Positions 10,213-19,678 of a stretch of DNA of 49,412 nt are shown here, piece after piece. Every line of letters starts with the position of its first letter. Position 1 is the stretch's first letter. This stretch comes from Bdellovibrionales bacterium. Lineage in GTDB: Bacteria; Bdellovibrionota; Bdellovibrionia; Bdellovibrionales; Bdellovibrionaceae. A program made the position numbers and the translations under genes. The stretch spans positions 1 to 49,412 of the forward strand of contig JAYTMU010000004.1 in NCBI GenBank assembly GCA_043728195.1, given 5' to 3'. Below the pieces are notes generated by a model. That model saw nothing but the letters and a program-made list of their open reading frames with translations. It made no database searches and was not told where the DNA came from.

Positions 10213-11184
10213 ATGACTACTTTTATTTTGCGCAGGCTTTTACAAACCGTGATTGTTATTATCATACTTTCATATGTATGTTTTGGCTTAATGACCTTAA
10301 TGCCTGGTGACCCTGTCGAAATGATGATATCTGCAAATCCTAAAATCACGCAGGAGGACGTTACCCGTCTGCGCGATTTCTATGGGCTGGATCAGCCAGT
10401 ATATAAACGCTACTTAAATTGGGTGTCAGATATCTCAAGCGGTGATTTAGGCTATTCGCGCACTTACCGTATACCAGTTACAGAAATGATGGGGCCATCC
10501 CTATCAGCTACTTTTGTTTTGTCAGTGATTTCACTTGTATTTTCTCTACTGATTGCAGTACCGCTGGGGATTATTTGCGCCTTACGCCCAAATTCAAAGG
10601 TTGATTACGCCATTAATTTATTTAATTTTGCTGGAATTTCCTTACCGTCGTTTTGGCTTGGTATCGTACTTATAATTATTTTTGCCGTTAACCTCGGATG
10701 GCTTCCGGCCGGCGGATATCAGACAACTGGAATGGCTTATGATTCGTGGTTTGCAGAAATGCTAGATAAAGGAAAGTACCTGATTTTGCCGGTGGTATCA
10801 CTGTCAGTACAATCGATTGGTCGTTTTTCAAGGTTTGTTCGATCTTCCATGTTAGAAGCTATGCGAAATGATTTTATTCGTACCGCTCGGGCGAAAGGCA
10901 TGACCAATCAGGTTGTCATCTGGAGACACGGTTTTAGAAATGCACTGATTCCGCTAGTTACTATTATTGCTATTAGTTTTTCATCAATCTTTTCAGGCGC
11001 GCTAATTACCGAAACGCTATTTGCTTACCCCGGTGTCGGAAGATTAATTTATTCATCTATTATGGGTAATGATTTTAACGTGGCCATGGTGTCATTTGTG
11101 ATATCAGTAAGTATGGTTTTACTTATGAATTTAGTCGCAGACATTCTTTACGGTGTGGTTGATCCCCGCATTTCTTACAATTAG
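10213..11184 (+). CDS. oppB: Peptide ABC transporter permease
   Basis: PGDP, GDLGYS, SLPSFWLG, FIRTARAKG, ETLFAYPGVG, DPRI. Confidence 0.92.
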   Translation: MTTFILRRLLQTVIVIIILSYVCFGLMTLMPGDPVEMMISANPKITQEDVTRLRDFYGLDQPVYKRYLNWVSDISSGDLGYSRTYRIPVTEMMGPSLSATFVLSVISLVFSLLIAVPLGIICALRPNSKVDYAINLFNFAGISLPSFWLGIVLIIIFAVNLGWLPAGGYQTTGMAYDSWFAEMLDKGKYLILPVVSLSVQSIGRFSRFVRSSMLEAMRNDFIRTARAKGMTNQVVIWRHGFRNALIPLVTIIAISFSSIFSGALITETLFAYPGVGRLIYSSIMGNDFNVAMVSFVISVSMVLLMNLVADILYGVVDPRISYN

Positions 11185-11193
11185 GGAAGCACT

Positions 11194-12426
11194 ATGACAC
11201 AGCCTGAAATCAACTTGAATAAAAATGTTAATCAACCAGCGACTGAGAATTCATTAAATACGTCGCAAATTGCACAATTAGAAAAAGCGCAATCTTTATG
11301 GCAAATTGTTTACCATCAATTTAAAGAGCACAAAGCTGCTGTTATCGGTGCGTACACTATTTTATTTTTCATTACTGTAGCACTTTGTGCGCCATTGATT
11401 GAGATGGCCTTGGGATTAGATTCTAGCTCGCAGAATGTTTTTAATCGGTACAAGCCACCAATGTCTCGTATTCAAGCCAGCAGCGACACCAAAGAGTCGG
11501 CTATCCAACGCTTTATAAATTTAAATCCTGCTGATGCAGCTGAACTACAAAAACAATTGTTAGAAAAAAACTTGGTTTCACCGGTGCGTCCTGAAGACAC
11601 CCTGTATGATTGGGTACAACTTGAAAAATCAAAAGCTTTAGAGGCCTTGCGGCAGACGGACACAGCAAAAAAAAGTGAATTAACTGGTATGTTAAAAACT
11701 TTTGAAACGTTTCACATCTTGGGAACAGATGAACTTGGTCGTGATGTGTTGATGCGTCTGATTTATGGCACCCGCGTTTCCATGGGTGTTGGTATTTTAG
11801 TGGCGCTGGTCTCGGCGTTATTGGGGTTAATAATAGGTTCTATCGCTGGTTTTTATGGCGGCGTGATCGATACTATATTAATGCGTGTAACTGACGCCCT
11901 GTTATCGTTGCCTATTATGCCCGTCCTTATCGTGGTTGCGGCAATCGATTTAAGAAAAATTCCCTTTATGGATTCGCTCATTTCAACGGGGAATGAAAGT
12001 ATTTTAAAATTAGTTTTTATCTTCTGTTTATTTTCTTGGATGACTGTTGCCCGGCTAGTTCGAGGAAGTATCTTATCACTGCGTGAACGTGAGTTCGTAC
12101 TAGCTGCCCGCACCTTGGGCGCGCGGGATCGCACGATCATATTACGTCATATGTTCCCGAACGTCATAGCGCCGCTACTGGTGTCGGTGACACTAGGCGT
12201 GGGTGAATCCATTTTATTCGAAGCCGCACTTAGCTTTTTAGGACTGGGAATCCAGCCGCCAACTCCTAGCTGGGGCAATATGTTATTTAATGCTCAGGAA
12301 CTTATTTATCAGGCGCCATACTTGGCTATTCTGCCAGGCCTTCTGATATTCTTTGTGGTTATTAGTTTTAACTATTTAGGTGACGGTTTACAGGATGCCA
12401 TCGATCCAAAAGCCATTCGTCGATAG
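11194..12426 (+). CDS. oppC: Peptide ABC transporter permease with extended periplasmic loop
   Basis: LGTDELGRD, REREFVLAARTLGA, EAALSFLGLG, PSWG, GDGLQDAIDP. Confidence 0.92.
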   Translation: MTQPEINLNKNVNQPATENSLNTSQIAQLEKAQSLWQIVYHQFKEHKAAVIGAYTILFFITVALCAPLIEMALGLDSSSQNVFNRYKPPMSRIQASSDTKESAIQRFINLNPADAAELQKQLLEKNLVSPVRPEDTLYDWVQLEKSKALEALRQTDTAKKSELTGMLKTFETFHILGTDELGRDVLMRLIYGTRVSMGVGILVALVSALLGLIIGSIAGFYGGVIDTILMRVTDALLSLPIMPVLIVVAAIDLRKIPFMDSLISTGNESILKLVFIFCLFSWMTVARLVRGSILSLREREFVLAARTLGARDRTIILRHMFPNVIAPLLVSVTLGVGESILFEAALSFLGLGIQPPTPSWGNMLFNAQELIYQAPYLAILPGLLIFFVVISFNYLGDGLQDAIDPKAIRR

Positions 12427-12480
12427 TTTAGACAACCCTATCGTAATTACTTAGTATTTGTAAAATTTTGACCTGAAATC

Positions 12481-12512
12481 GCCAGAGTTTGTTTACGCTC
12501 TGGCATCATTTT
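12481..12512 (+). terminator. Possible terminator hairpin after the opp operon
   Basis: GCCAGAG-N10-CTCTGGC followed by ATCATTTT. Confidence 0.35.
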
Positions 12513-12555
12513 TGGACCATTTCGCTAAAGCTATCAAACTTTAAGGAGTCCACAA

Positions 12556-13119
12556 ATGGAAAAAAAAATAACAGTGACCGTTTCAAATTTGGTTTTCATT
12601 TTAGGAACCATGGTATTTTCTTTACTATTTTCTAAAGTGGCTTTTGCGCAAAATTCAGTTGAAATGAGCTGCAGGTCAAAAGCCAAAGAAATTGCCGCAG
12701 AAACCTATAAAGGCTGCATGACCGAAATGCGCCAATCGCAAATTGAACAGATCCGCAAAGACTACAAAGAAAAACTAACAGATTTAAAAAGCCACTACGA
12801 CAACGAACTTAAAAAATTAAGTTCAAATCAAGAGGGCGCGCCCGACTCAACAGTCACAACATTAAAAGCAAAAATTGAAAATAAAAAAGCAGAATTAAAA
12901 CGTCCAAAACAACGGGCTTCAGGTGCACGCTTACCGCAGAAAAAATTCAGTTCGCAGGTCTTAGACTTTACCAGGCCAGCAAACGATTCCCAGAACGGTA
13001 CGACGGACGAAAACATCGAATCGCGGGGGCAAACAAGTGGCCAGATCAACGGCCAGATAACGAAGGATGCCGGCAATCAAGACGATATTGAAGTAGTTGA
13101 TGTCGGCGTTCAAGAGTAG
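12556..13119 (+). CDS. Secreted coiled-coil hypothetical protein
   Basis: AAGGAG RBS; signal peptide ending AFA; Cys pair then coiled coil. Confidence 0.75.
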   Translation: MEKKITVTVSNLVFILGTMVFSLLFSKVAFAQNSVEMSCRSKAKEIAAETYKGCMTEMRQSQIEQIRKDYKEKLTDLKSHYDNELKKLSSNQEGAPDSTVTTLKAKIENKKAELKRPKQRASGARLPQKKFSSQVLDFTRPANDSQNGTTDENIESRGQTSGQINGQITKDAGNQDDIEVVDVGVQE

Positions 13120-13143
13120 TACACTTAAAAATTAGAGGTGTTT

Positions 13144-13395
13144 ATGGGTGGTTTAAGCCTGGGTCATATTGTTATTATTGTCGTTGTACTTCTAATATTC
13201 TTTGGTCCGTCACGGTTACCGGCGTTGGGTCAATCCATAGGCAAAGCAATAAAAGGATTCAAAGAAGGTCTTAACGAAATCGACGCAGACGCAAAAGATG
13301 TTGGACCACAAAATTCAGTAAATAACCAGATCAAGCAAAACGAATCCGGAATGAATCAAGACCAAAAAGTAGATTCAAAAACCGAAAAAAAATAA
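13144..13395 (+). CDS. tatA: Twin-arginine translocase subunit TatA
   Basis: TM followed by FFGPSRLPALGQSIGKAIKGFK; GAGGTG RBS supports ATG 13144. Confidence 0.93.
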   Translation: MGGLSLGHIVIIVVVLLIFFGPSRLPALGQSIGKAIKGFKEGLNEIDADAKDVGPQNSVNNQIKQNESGMNQDQKVDSKTEKK

Positions 13396-13421
13396 TTAAA
13401 TAACAAAACTAAAATCCAAAA

Positions 13422-13450
13422 AATAAAAAAACTGACCCCAAGAGGTCGGC
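13422..13450 (-). terminator. Probable intrinsic terminator for the greA-GDPD transcript
   Basis: CTGACC-CCAAGA-GGTCGG hairpin preceded by an A-tract (U-tract on minus strand). Confidence 0.45.
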
Positions 13451-13496
13451 GTAAGAAGTTCTACTTTACCCAACGGCATAATAAGATCTAAATCCC

Positions 13497-14291
13497 CTAC
13501 ATCCGCTGCGGAGTAATCTCGTCAGAAATAACTCCGTGGATCCATTCACTGTAAAGTTTTGATCCAATTTCTTTTCTTGTAATGGCTTCAACACCCATGT
13601 CAGTGTCATTATAAGTCCAAAGTACAACCGGCACCAGGCGACTTATGTTTTTAAATTTGTCTTCTGACCAATCGTTCATTCTCAAATTTAGGACATGGGG
13701 TTTTGCAAAAAAATTAAAAGTCATATGGCGGAAATACCATCTGTTTTTAGGATGATCCTCTAACGTTAGTAGCAATGCTCGAAATAATTCTTTGTTCAGC
13801 AGGCGCATACGCCCTAGGGCTAGTGGATTAAAGCTAGATATGAGCACCTGTGATTCAATAGCAAATTTTTTAATAATTTTGGCGACCTGCTTTTCCAGTG
13901 CCCCGCTTACGATAGCTGCGGTTTTTAATTCAATATTAAACTTAAAGTTTTTATCGCTGTAAGTTGCAAGCCACGCACACACTTCATCCAAGGTATTGAC
14001 AGCCTCAAGCTTTAGAATTTCTTGATACGTTAGCTCAGCTAATGCACGGCCTTGAATATCCCCGTCATGAAACAAAACGACTTTTTGGTCTTTGGTTAGC
14101 CGCACATCAAATTCAACCATTTGGTATTTTAATTCGGCCGCTTTTTGAACCGCTGCTAAGGTATTTTCACGAATACCGCCAACCCAGTAACCGCGGTGGG
14201 CCTGCAGACGCGGAAGCCAATGCCGTATAGTGCTTGATATTTGCCAACGTAATGATTTGACCTGGGCTTTTTCCATTGTCGTGGCCTTCAC
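13497..14291 (-). CDS. Glycerophosphodiester phosphodiesterase family protein
   Basis: AHRG, ENT, VEFDVRLTKD, HD, NIELK, ISSFN, WT, GVISD motifs. Confidence 0.88.
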   Translation of the reverse strand: MKATTMEKAQVKSLRWQISSTIRHWLPRLQAHRGYWVGGIRENTLAAVQKAAELKYQMVEFDVRLTKDQKVVLFHDGDIQGRALAELTYQEILKLEAVNTLDEVCAWLATYSDKNFKFNIELKTAAIVSGALEKQVAKIIKKFAIESQVLISSFNPLALGRMRLLNKELFRALLLTLEDHPKNRWYFRHMTFNFFAKPHVLNLRMNDWSEDKFKNISRLVPVVLWTYNDTDMGVEAITRKEIGSKLYSEWIHGVISDEITPQRM

Positions 14292-16285
14292 ATGGGTTGA
14301 ATAGTTAAAGTTGAACTTTGATTTTTCAGCATTTCAAAACGCTTCACTCCTGCCGGAAGCTGGACTGAAAGTGTCCCGCTAAAACTTTCGTCGTCTTTCC
14401 ATTCACCTTTGCTTTTTAATACTTGCGCTTGTTTGCTATCGCCTTGTGGTGTCACTTTTGTTTCGAACTCGAAGCTCATATTTTTCCAGTCGGTACCCTT
14501 AAGGTTTAAATTTAGACCTTCTGAAGAATAGGAATTTTCACTAAAGACAGATCCTGGTCTAAACAACTGGGCGATCGAATCCTCTTTTAAGGATTCTGCG
14601 GCAATTGTACTTTCCTTGGCTTTCAAGTTAACTGCCAAAGCTAAGCTAGCATTATCCTTAATTGTTTGTATCATTTGAAATTCTGGCGCTACCAATTGCA
14701 ACCCGTGGGTCTTGATTGCATCGGCATAAAAATAAATTTGATGCCGCTCTTCCTCTGATTTTTTGTAGTTCCACTGAAATTTTATATCTGGGCTTTGCGG
14801 CAGTTGGGTTAATAGCGTCCACACTTTTTCCCCAATCAGCTGACCACTAAGCTGGGCATCACCAGTTGTTGTTTGGTTTTTTAAATTATGCTGGATTTCG
14901 GCCTTGCCGGTTAAGGGCTTTGTATTCATCGTAAATTCATTTAGTTTTAAGGATACGGCATCACCAACTAATTTTCCGTCCACTTTAAAAAAATCCAGTT
15001 TTTGCAGTTCGCGGCGCCCCCGATTGGCAAAAATAAACTCAAGGTTAGACCAATTGCCACTTAAATTCATGTGCCCTACGTCATTGAAATTAAATTTTCC
15101 CTGAAAGTCTCCATAGTTTTCAATGCTTTCTGAAATGCTTTTCATCTGACTTAAATTTTTTAATTTATTTAAATTAAGACGTTGAATGTCAGCCGTAAAA
15201 GCTTCGACATTTAATTTTTTATTAATTTGAGAGACGTGAATTTCAGGAATTGTAATGAAAGTTTGATCACCCGAAATTTGGACGGATTTAAGATTTATTT
15301 CAGCCTGCTGCCGTCCATCGAGGTGGTGCTGACTGTATCCTTGAAAATGCATTCCCACCGGGTAATTGAGCCACGCCGATTCGACCAAATTCAGTTGAAT
15401 AAACGGCTTCATGGCAATATTTTTTGCAGTAAAATCTGTCTTTAAAATTTGCTCAAGTGAATTGTAAAGAAAATAAATCTGTAGTTCACCATCTAACAAC
15501 TGACCTTTTAACTTTGCATCAGCCTCAAGAAGATTGTTTTTTTCTGATGACACAACCAAAGCCAATTCACCACGAAAATAATGCAAATTACTTTGTGGAT
15601 CTTTTAGCGCGTAGACCTGGGAATTGATCTGAATTTTATCAAGTTGATTTGCCGAGTAATTTAATGCCACTTGCACTTGTCTTAAATCCAATGCCTGTGT
15701 GGGATAATTTTTAAATATAACTTTCAACTGATCAATTTTAACTTTGTTCAACTGTGCTGCTGTTCGCGCTTGGAATATACTTTTTTCTACGTTTGGTTCG
15801 CCCTGTGCTAGGCTTTCAGTTACGAAGTTAGCTCCAGATTCAGTTTTAACGACTGGTTTTTGTTCGGCGCCAGATTTTTGCTGCGTTGCCAAACAGTTAT
15901 TGAATTCAGCTATACGCAGTTCAACACTGGAGGCCGAAATTTGATTAACCAAAGTTTTAGATGTTAGCAGCGAAACTAAACTAAGTGGAACGATCAGCTT
16001 TTCAACGTAGATCTGAGTATCTTGGCACAAAGCCTTTTTGGGACTCATGCGAATTTGTGCGATTTCTAGGAACGGAAGTGGTAATCCCCAATTTGATAAT
16101 TTCACTTCGGCAGATTTAAAGTCGATGATAAAATCTTTTTCTAATCGCGCCACAGCTTCTTGTAAGATAATTCCGATTCGTTTAGGTGAAATCTGGCTTT
16201 TTAAAGCCAGACCAAACACCAAACTTAAAATAAGACCGATAGTGCAGACTTTAAAGCCCGCCTGGTCAATGACGGCACGACTCAT
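14288..16285 (-). CDS. Membrane-anchored beta-rich hypothetical protein (AsmA-like?)
   Basis: Single N-terminal TM then a long beta-strand-like region; co-oriented and abutting greA and GDPD. Confidence 0.6.
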   Translation of the reverse strand: MSRAVIDQAGFKVCTIGLILSLVFGLALKSQISPKRIGIILQEAVARLEKDFIIDFKSAEVKLSNWGLPLPFLEIAQIRMSPKKALCQDTQIYVEKLIVPLSLVSLLTSKTLVNQISASSVELRIAEFNNCLATQQKSGAEQKPVVKTESGANFVTESLAQGEPNVEKSIFQARTAAQLNKVKIDQLKVIFKNYPTQALDLRQVQVALNYSANQLDKIQINSQVYALKDPQSNLHYFRGELALVVSSEKNNLLEADAKLKGQLLDGELQIYFLYNSLEQILKTDFTAKNIAMKPFIQLNLVESAWLNYPVGMHFQGYSQHHLDGRQQAEINLKSVQISGDQTFITIPEIHVSQINKKLNVEAFTADIQRLNLNKLKNLSQMKSISESIENYGDFQGKFNFNDVGHMNLSGNWSNLEFIFANRGRRELQKLDFFKVDGKLVGDAVSLKLNEFTMNTKPLTGKAEIQHNLKNQTTTGDAQLSGQLIGEKVWTLLTQLPQSPDIKFQWNYKKSEEERHQIYFYADAIKTHGLQLVAPEFQMIQTIKDNASLALAVNLKAKESTIAAESLKEDSIAQLFRPGSVFSENSYSSEGLNLNLKGTDWKNMSFEFETKVTPQGDSKQAQVLKSKGEWKDDESFSGTLSVQLPAGVKRFEMLKNQSSTLTIQPM

Positions 16286-16287
16286 CG

Positions 16288-16767
16288 TTAGATAAATCTA
16301 AATGATAGAATTTCGTATTCTTTATCGCCTTTAGGACTTTGCACTGTAATCAAATCGCCCACTTTTTTGCCGATCATCGCGCGAGAAAATGGTGACATAA
16401 TTGAAATCATATTTTGTTTAACATCGGCCTCGTCAACCCCAACAATTTGATACGTTAACTTTTCCTCGGTTTCAGTATCAACCATGTCGACAGTCGCTCC
16501 GAATACGATACGATCCGATTTAATTGACGAAGGCACCACAACTTCGGCTCCGGCTAGTTTTCCCTGAATTTCACCAATTCGACCCTCGATCATCGATTGG
16601 CGTTCTTTGGCTGCGTCGTATTCAGCATTTTCACTAATATCGCCATGAGCACGCGCCTCTTCGATGGCTCTGATGACTGTAGGTCGCTCCTCAAGCATTA
16701 ATTTCTTCAATTCTGTTTCCATCATCTGTTTACCGCGAAGTGTGATGGGTAGTACGTCTTGAGCCAT
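16288..16767 (-). CDS. greA: Transcription elongation factor GreA
   Basis: ARAHGDISENAEYDAAKE, FGATV, YQIVGVDEAD, ISIMSP..RA. Confidence 0.96.
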   Translation of the reverse strand: MAQDVLPITLRGKQMMETELKKLMLEERPTVIRAIEEARAHGDISENAEYDAAKERQSMIEGRIGEIQGKLAGAEVVVPSSIKSDRIVFGATVDMVDTETEEKLTYQIVGVDEADVKQNMISIMSPFSRAMIGKKVGDLITVQSPKGDKEYEILSFRFI

Positions 16768-16908
16768 GATTAGACCTTTCAGGTTGCAAATATCAGGTTG
16801 CAATAAAATAATTTTAAACACTCTACAAAAGCCCTATTTTATACCAAAACTTCCAGTATTGAACAATCACTGAGGACAGACCATGGTGCGTCAAAGTAGG
16901 CTATTCCA

Positions 16909-17976
16909 ATGCTCATACTGGAACAAATTAAAAAAGCGCAAAATATAATCCTTTCCACTCATAAAAGCTCTGATGGCGATGGCTTAGGCAGCGAAATTTC
17001 AATGTACCTAGCACTTAAAAAAATGAACAAAACGGTGCACTTCTACCACGCTGACAAAATTCCTGCGCGCTACCATTTTTTGGCAGAAAAAATACCGCAG
17101 GCTGCTTTTATTTCAGATATTAATAATTTGCCACTGTCACTGCCACTGCCACTGTCACTGCCACTGTCACTGTCACTTCCACTGTCAATTCCACCGTCAC
17201 TTACTGAAGGCAAAGGCACAGACCTTGTGCTTATCTTTGATACCCACGACCCCAAGTTGTGCTCGCCGCTATACGATTATATGGCGAATCGCTCGGCACC
17301 TATTTTTTTTATAGATCATCATGTGCCAACTGAGTACGTAACAAAAAGTTCAAGCACGTACATCGATGAGAACGCCTCGTGCACTGGTGAGATCGTCTAT
17401 GAATTAATAAAAAAATTAGAAATTTCAATCGATATACAAATGGCTTCAGCACTGTATGCAACACTTATTTTTGACACACAAAACTTTAAACATATTCGCG
17501 ATTTGCGTAAACCATTCCAAATGGCCAGCGAGCTTTTATTAGTTGGTGTTGATTACGAAAAGATTCAGCAACAGATTTTTGCGCATTGGAATATCCAAAA
17601 AATGAATTACCTTGCTTATCTTATTCCTAAGATTATATACAAGCGCGGTGACTCCATCGCCATTATAAAAATTTTAAAGCATGATCTGGCCAGGTTCTCA
17701 GTCGATGTCGACCAAATTAGCGACCTAGTTGATTTGTTTATGCAAATTCAAACTTTAACAACCGCCATAGTTATTCGCGAAGATTCAGTCAACCACCACA
17801 AGTTAAGTTTTCGTAGCCGTGGTGGTGCGGAAGCATTAGAATGGGCGCGATCTTTTGATGGCGGTGGCCACATGATGTCGTCTGGAGCATGGGTTGACAA
17901 ATCGATGGCTGAAATTGAAGCCAGTCTTGAAAAACTAATTATGGCATCTAGTTCGGCGTCAGACGAAACTGCGTAA
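16909..17976 (+). CDS. DHH/DHHA1 phosphoesterase (NrnA-like nanoRNase/pAp phosphatase)
   Basis: TH..SDGDGLGS, IDHH, DTQNF, SFRS, GGGH motifs. Confidence 0.88.
   Translation: MLILEQIKKAQNIILSTHKSSDGDGLGSEISMYLALKKMNKTVHFYHADKIPARYHFLAEKIPQAAFISDINNLPLSLPLPLSLPLSLSLPLSIPPSLTEGKGTDLVLIFDTHDPKLCSPLYDYMANRSAPIFFIDHHVPTEYVTKSSSTYIDENASCTGEIVYELIKKLEISIDIQMASALYATLIFDTQNFKHIRDLRKPFQMASELLLVGVDYEKIQQQIFAHWNIQKMNYLAYLIPKIIYKRGDSIAIIKILKHDLARFSVDVDQISDLVDLFMQIQTLTTAIVIREDSVNHHKLSFRSRGGAEALEWARSFDGGGHMMSSGAWVDKSMAEIEASLEKLIMASSSASDETA
17131..17202 (+). repeat. In-frame hexamer tandem repeat (C/T)CACTG, 12 units
   Basis: ccactg tcactg ccactg ccactg tcactg ccactg tcactg tcactt ccactg tcaatt ccaccg tcactt; encodes a PL/SL run. 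Confidence 0.9.
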
Positions 17977-18376
17977 GCAATTTTTCGATATCAGGACGGC
18001 AAGATCCACAGCCTGTACCCGCTAATGTGGTTCGACCTACATCTTCGATCGTTCGACACCCCTGCTTAATGGAATCAAATACCTTTTCTGCAGTAATCAT
18101 GCGGCAGTGACAAAGCTCTGCGTGTTCATACGCCAGTTTAAATTCAGATTTGCATTTTAAAATAAATTCGTTGATCAGCAAATCATCTTCAGTTTTTAAG
18201 GGTTCTAACGTTGGCCATTTTCTTGGATCGTCACCATTTGTTTTTCGCAGTTGATCAATTGTTGCTAAAAGCAAAGTGGAGCCAATGACGTGCATGACGC
18301 TGTCTTTTAATGAAATCTCGGCCTGAAAGGGGCTTTTACAAGTCACCTGCATGGTAGAATAATAAATCGGGTTCAT
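17948..18376 (-). CDS. BFD-like [2Fe-2S]-binding protein
   Basis: LCHC...AGTGCGSC C-terminal motif; exact start uncertain. Confidence 0.8.
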   Translation of the reverse strand: MNPIYYSTMQVTCKSPFQAEISLKDSVMHVIGSTLLLATIDQLRKTNGDDPRKWPTLEPLKTEDDLLINEFILKCKSEFKLAYEHAELCHCRMITAEKVFDSIKQGCRTIEDVGRTTLAGTGCGSCRPDIEKLLTQFRLTPN

Positions 18377-18416
18377 TCGACAGGCAAGTCTAGCTAACTA
18401 TATTTATCTGCTTATT

Positions 18417-19624
18417 TTATTTACCCAATCCGGTCTTATATTCCGTAAGGGCCCGACCCCGCGCAAACACGTGATCCACCATAGGCTTTGGATATTTAGA
18501 CGTGCCAAATTCTGGGACCCACTTTTTTATATAACTTTGGCCTTTATCAAATTTTTCTAACTGGGTCTGCGGGTTAAAAACTCGGAAGTATGGTGCTGCG
18601 TCGCAACCCGTCCCCGCCGCCCATTGCCAATTTCCGTTATTTGCCGACGGATCGTAATCGAGCAGCTTTTCGGCAAAGTACTTTTCACCCAGTGACCAAT
18701 GCATAAGTAAATGTTTTGTTAAGAAGGATGCAACGACCAGGCGGACCCGGTGTACGCCAAGCAATTTTGTCGTACTGCGGCCTGAAGCTTTGCGTTTGCA
18801 CGTGCGGAAAATTCCACAGAATTTGCATGAAAAATTCCCGCCAGATGAGTTCGCTGAGCCAGACGTCAGAATGCTTTTGACCTATTTTTGCTGCCGCGCG
18901 CGCTAACGGTACCAAAACGAAAATGTATTCCCATTTTGGAAGTGCCATCTTCTAGCGCCGGAAAATTTCGTTTGTCTTCCTATTCACTAAGCATTGGCGT
19001 TTTTGGAACTTTGGGTGGAAATGTAAAATCAAAACTTTCAAAGCCGATTTCTTTAAGCGTGGGCATTACAGACTGTGTTTTTACTTTTAAATAGTTACCA
19101 GCAACACTTTCGTTTGCATACAGTTTCAAATCGCTAGGCTTCAGGTTTTTTAACCACTTTTTTTTGTACGGAGTAAATACGGTGTACGGCTTTCCTACGT
19201 CACTAACCACTTCATTTTTTTCGAAGATACACTGGTCTTTGAATGACTTGAATTTTATTTTTTCACTGTCACACCATTTTTGTACCTGCGCATCCCGATT
19301 CGTCGCGTAAGGTTCGTAGTCGTGATTGGTATAAACAGCTTCTAACTGATACGTTCTCGTTAATTCCTTTAAAACAGTGCCTGGTTTGCCAATTTTTACA
19401 ATCAGGTCCCCGCCCAATGCCTTTAGCTGATTTTTAAGTGCCGCAATCTGCTGGTGAATAAACAGCACCCGCGCATCATGCCGCGGCAAATGTTTCAAAA
19501 TGTCCGTATCAAAAATAAAAAATGGTAAGACGGATTTACTTTCACTTAAGGCGTGAAAAAGACCGGCGTTATCGTCCAGTCATAAATCGCGGCGAAACCA
19601 AAACAGTGTGAGCTTCGATGTCAT
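18417..19624 (-). pseudogene. phrB: Class I CPD photolyase/cryptochrome-family pseudogene
   Basis: WFRRDL*LDDN, YTVFTPY, ELIWREFF, R.VVASFLTKHL, DYD..ANNGNWQW, YFRVFNP spread over three frames; stops at 19580-19582 (TGA) and 18980-18982 (TAG); frame change near 18900; frame change with apparent deletion near 18753. Confidence 0.9.
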
Positions 19625-19678
19625 TTAATCTATTCCCTTACATCATTCTAAAAAGAAGATTATTATAATCATACCCAA

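Noticed and set aside
12501-12516. sigma54-like TGGCATCATTTTTGGA before the 12556 gene
   Set aside because: The -12 element is GG rather than GC and it overlaps a hairpin that may be a terminator
18980-19582. In-frame TGA and TAG in the photolyase as stop-codon reassignment
   Set aside because: Other genes here end normally in TGA (14288) and TAG (510), and the gene also has frame changes; decay explains it better
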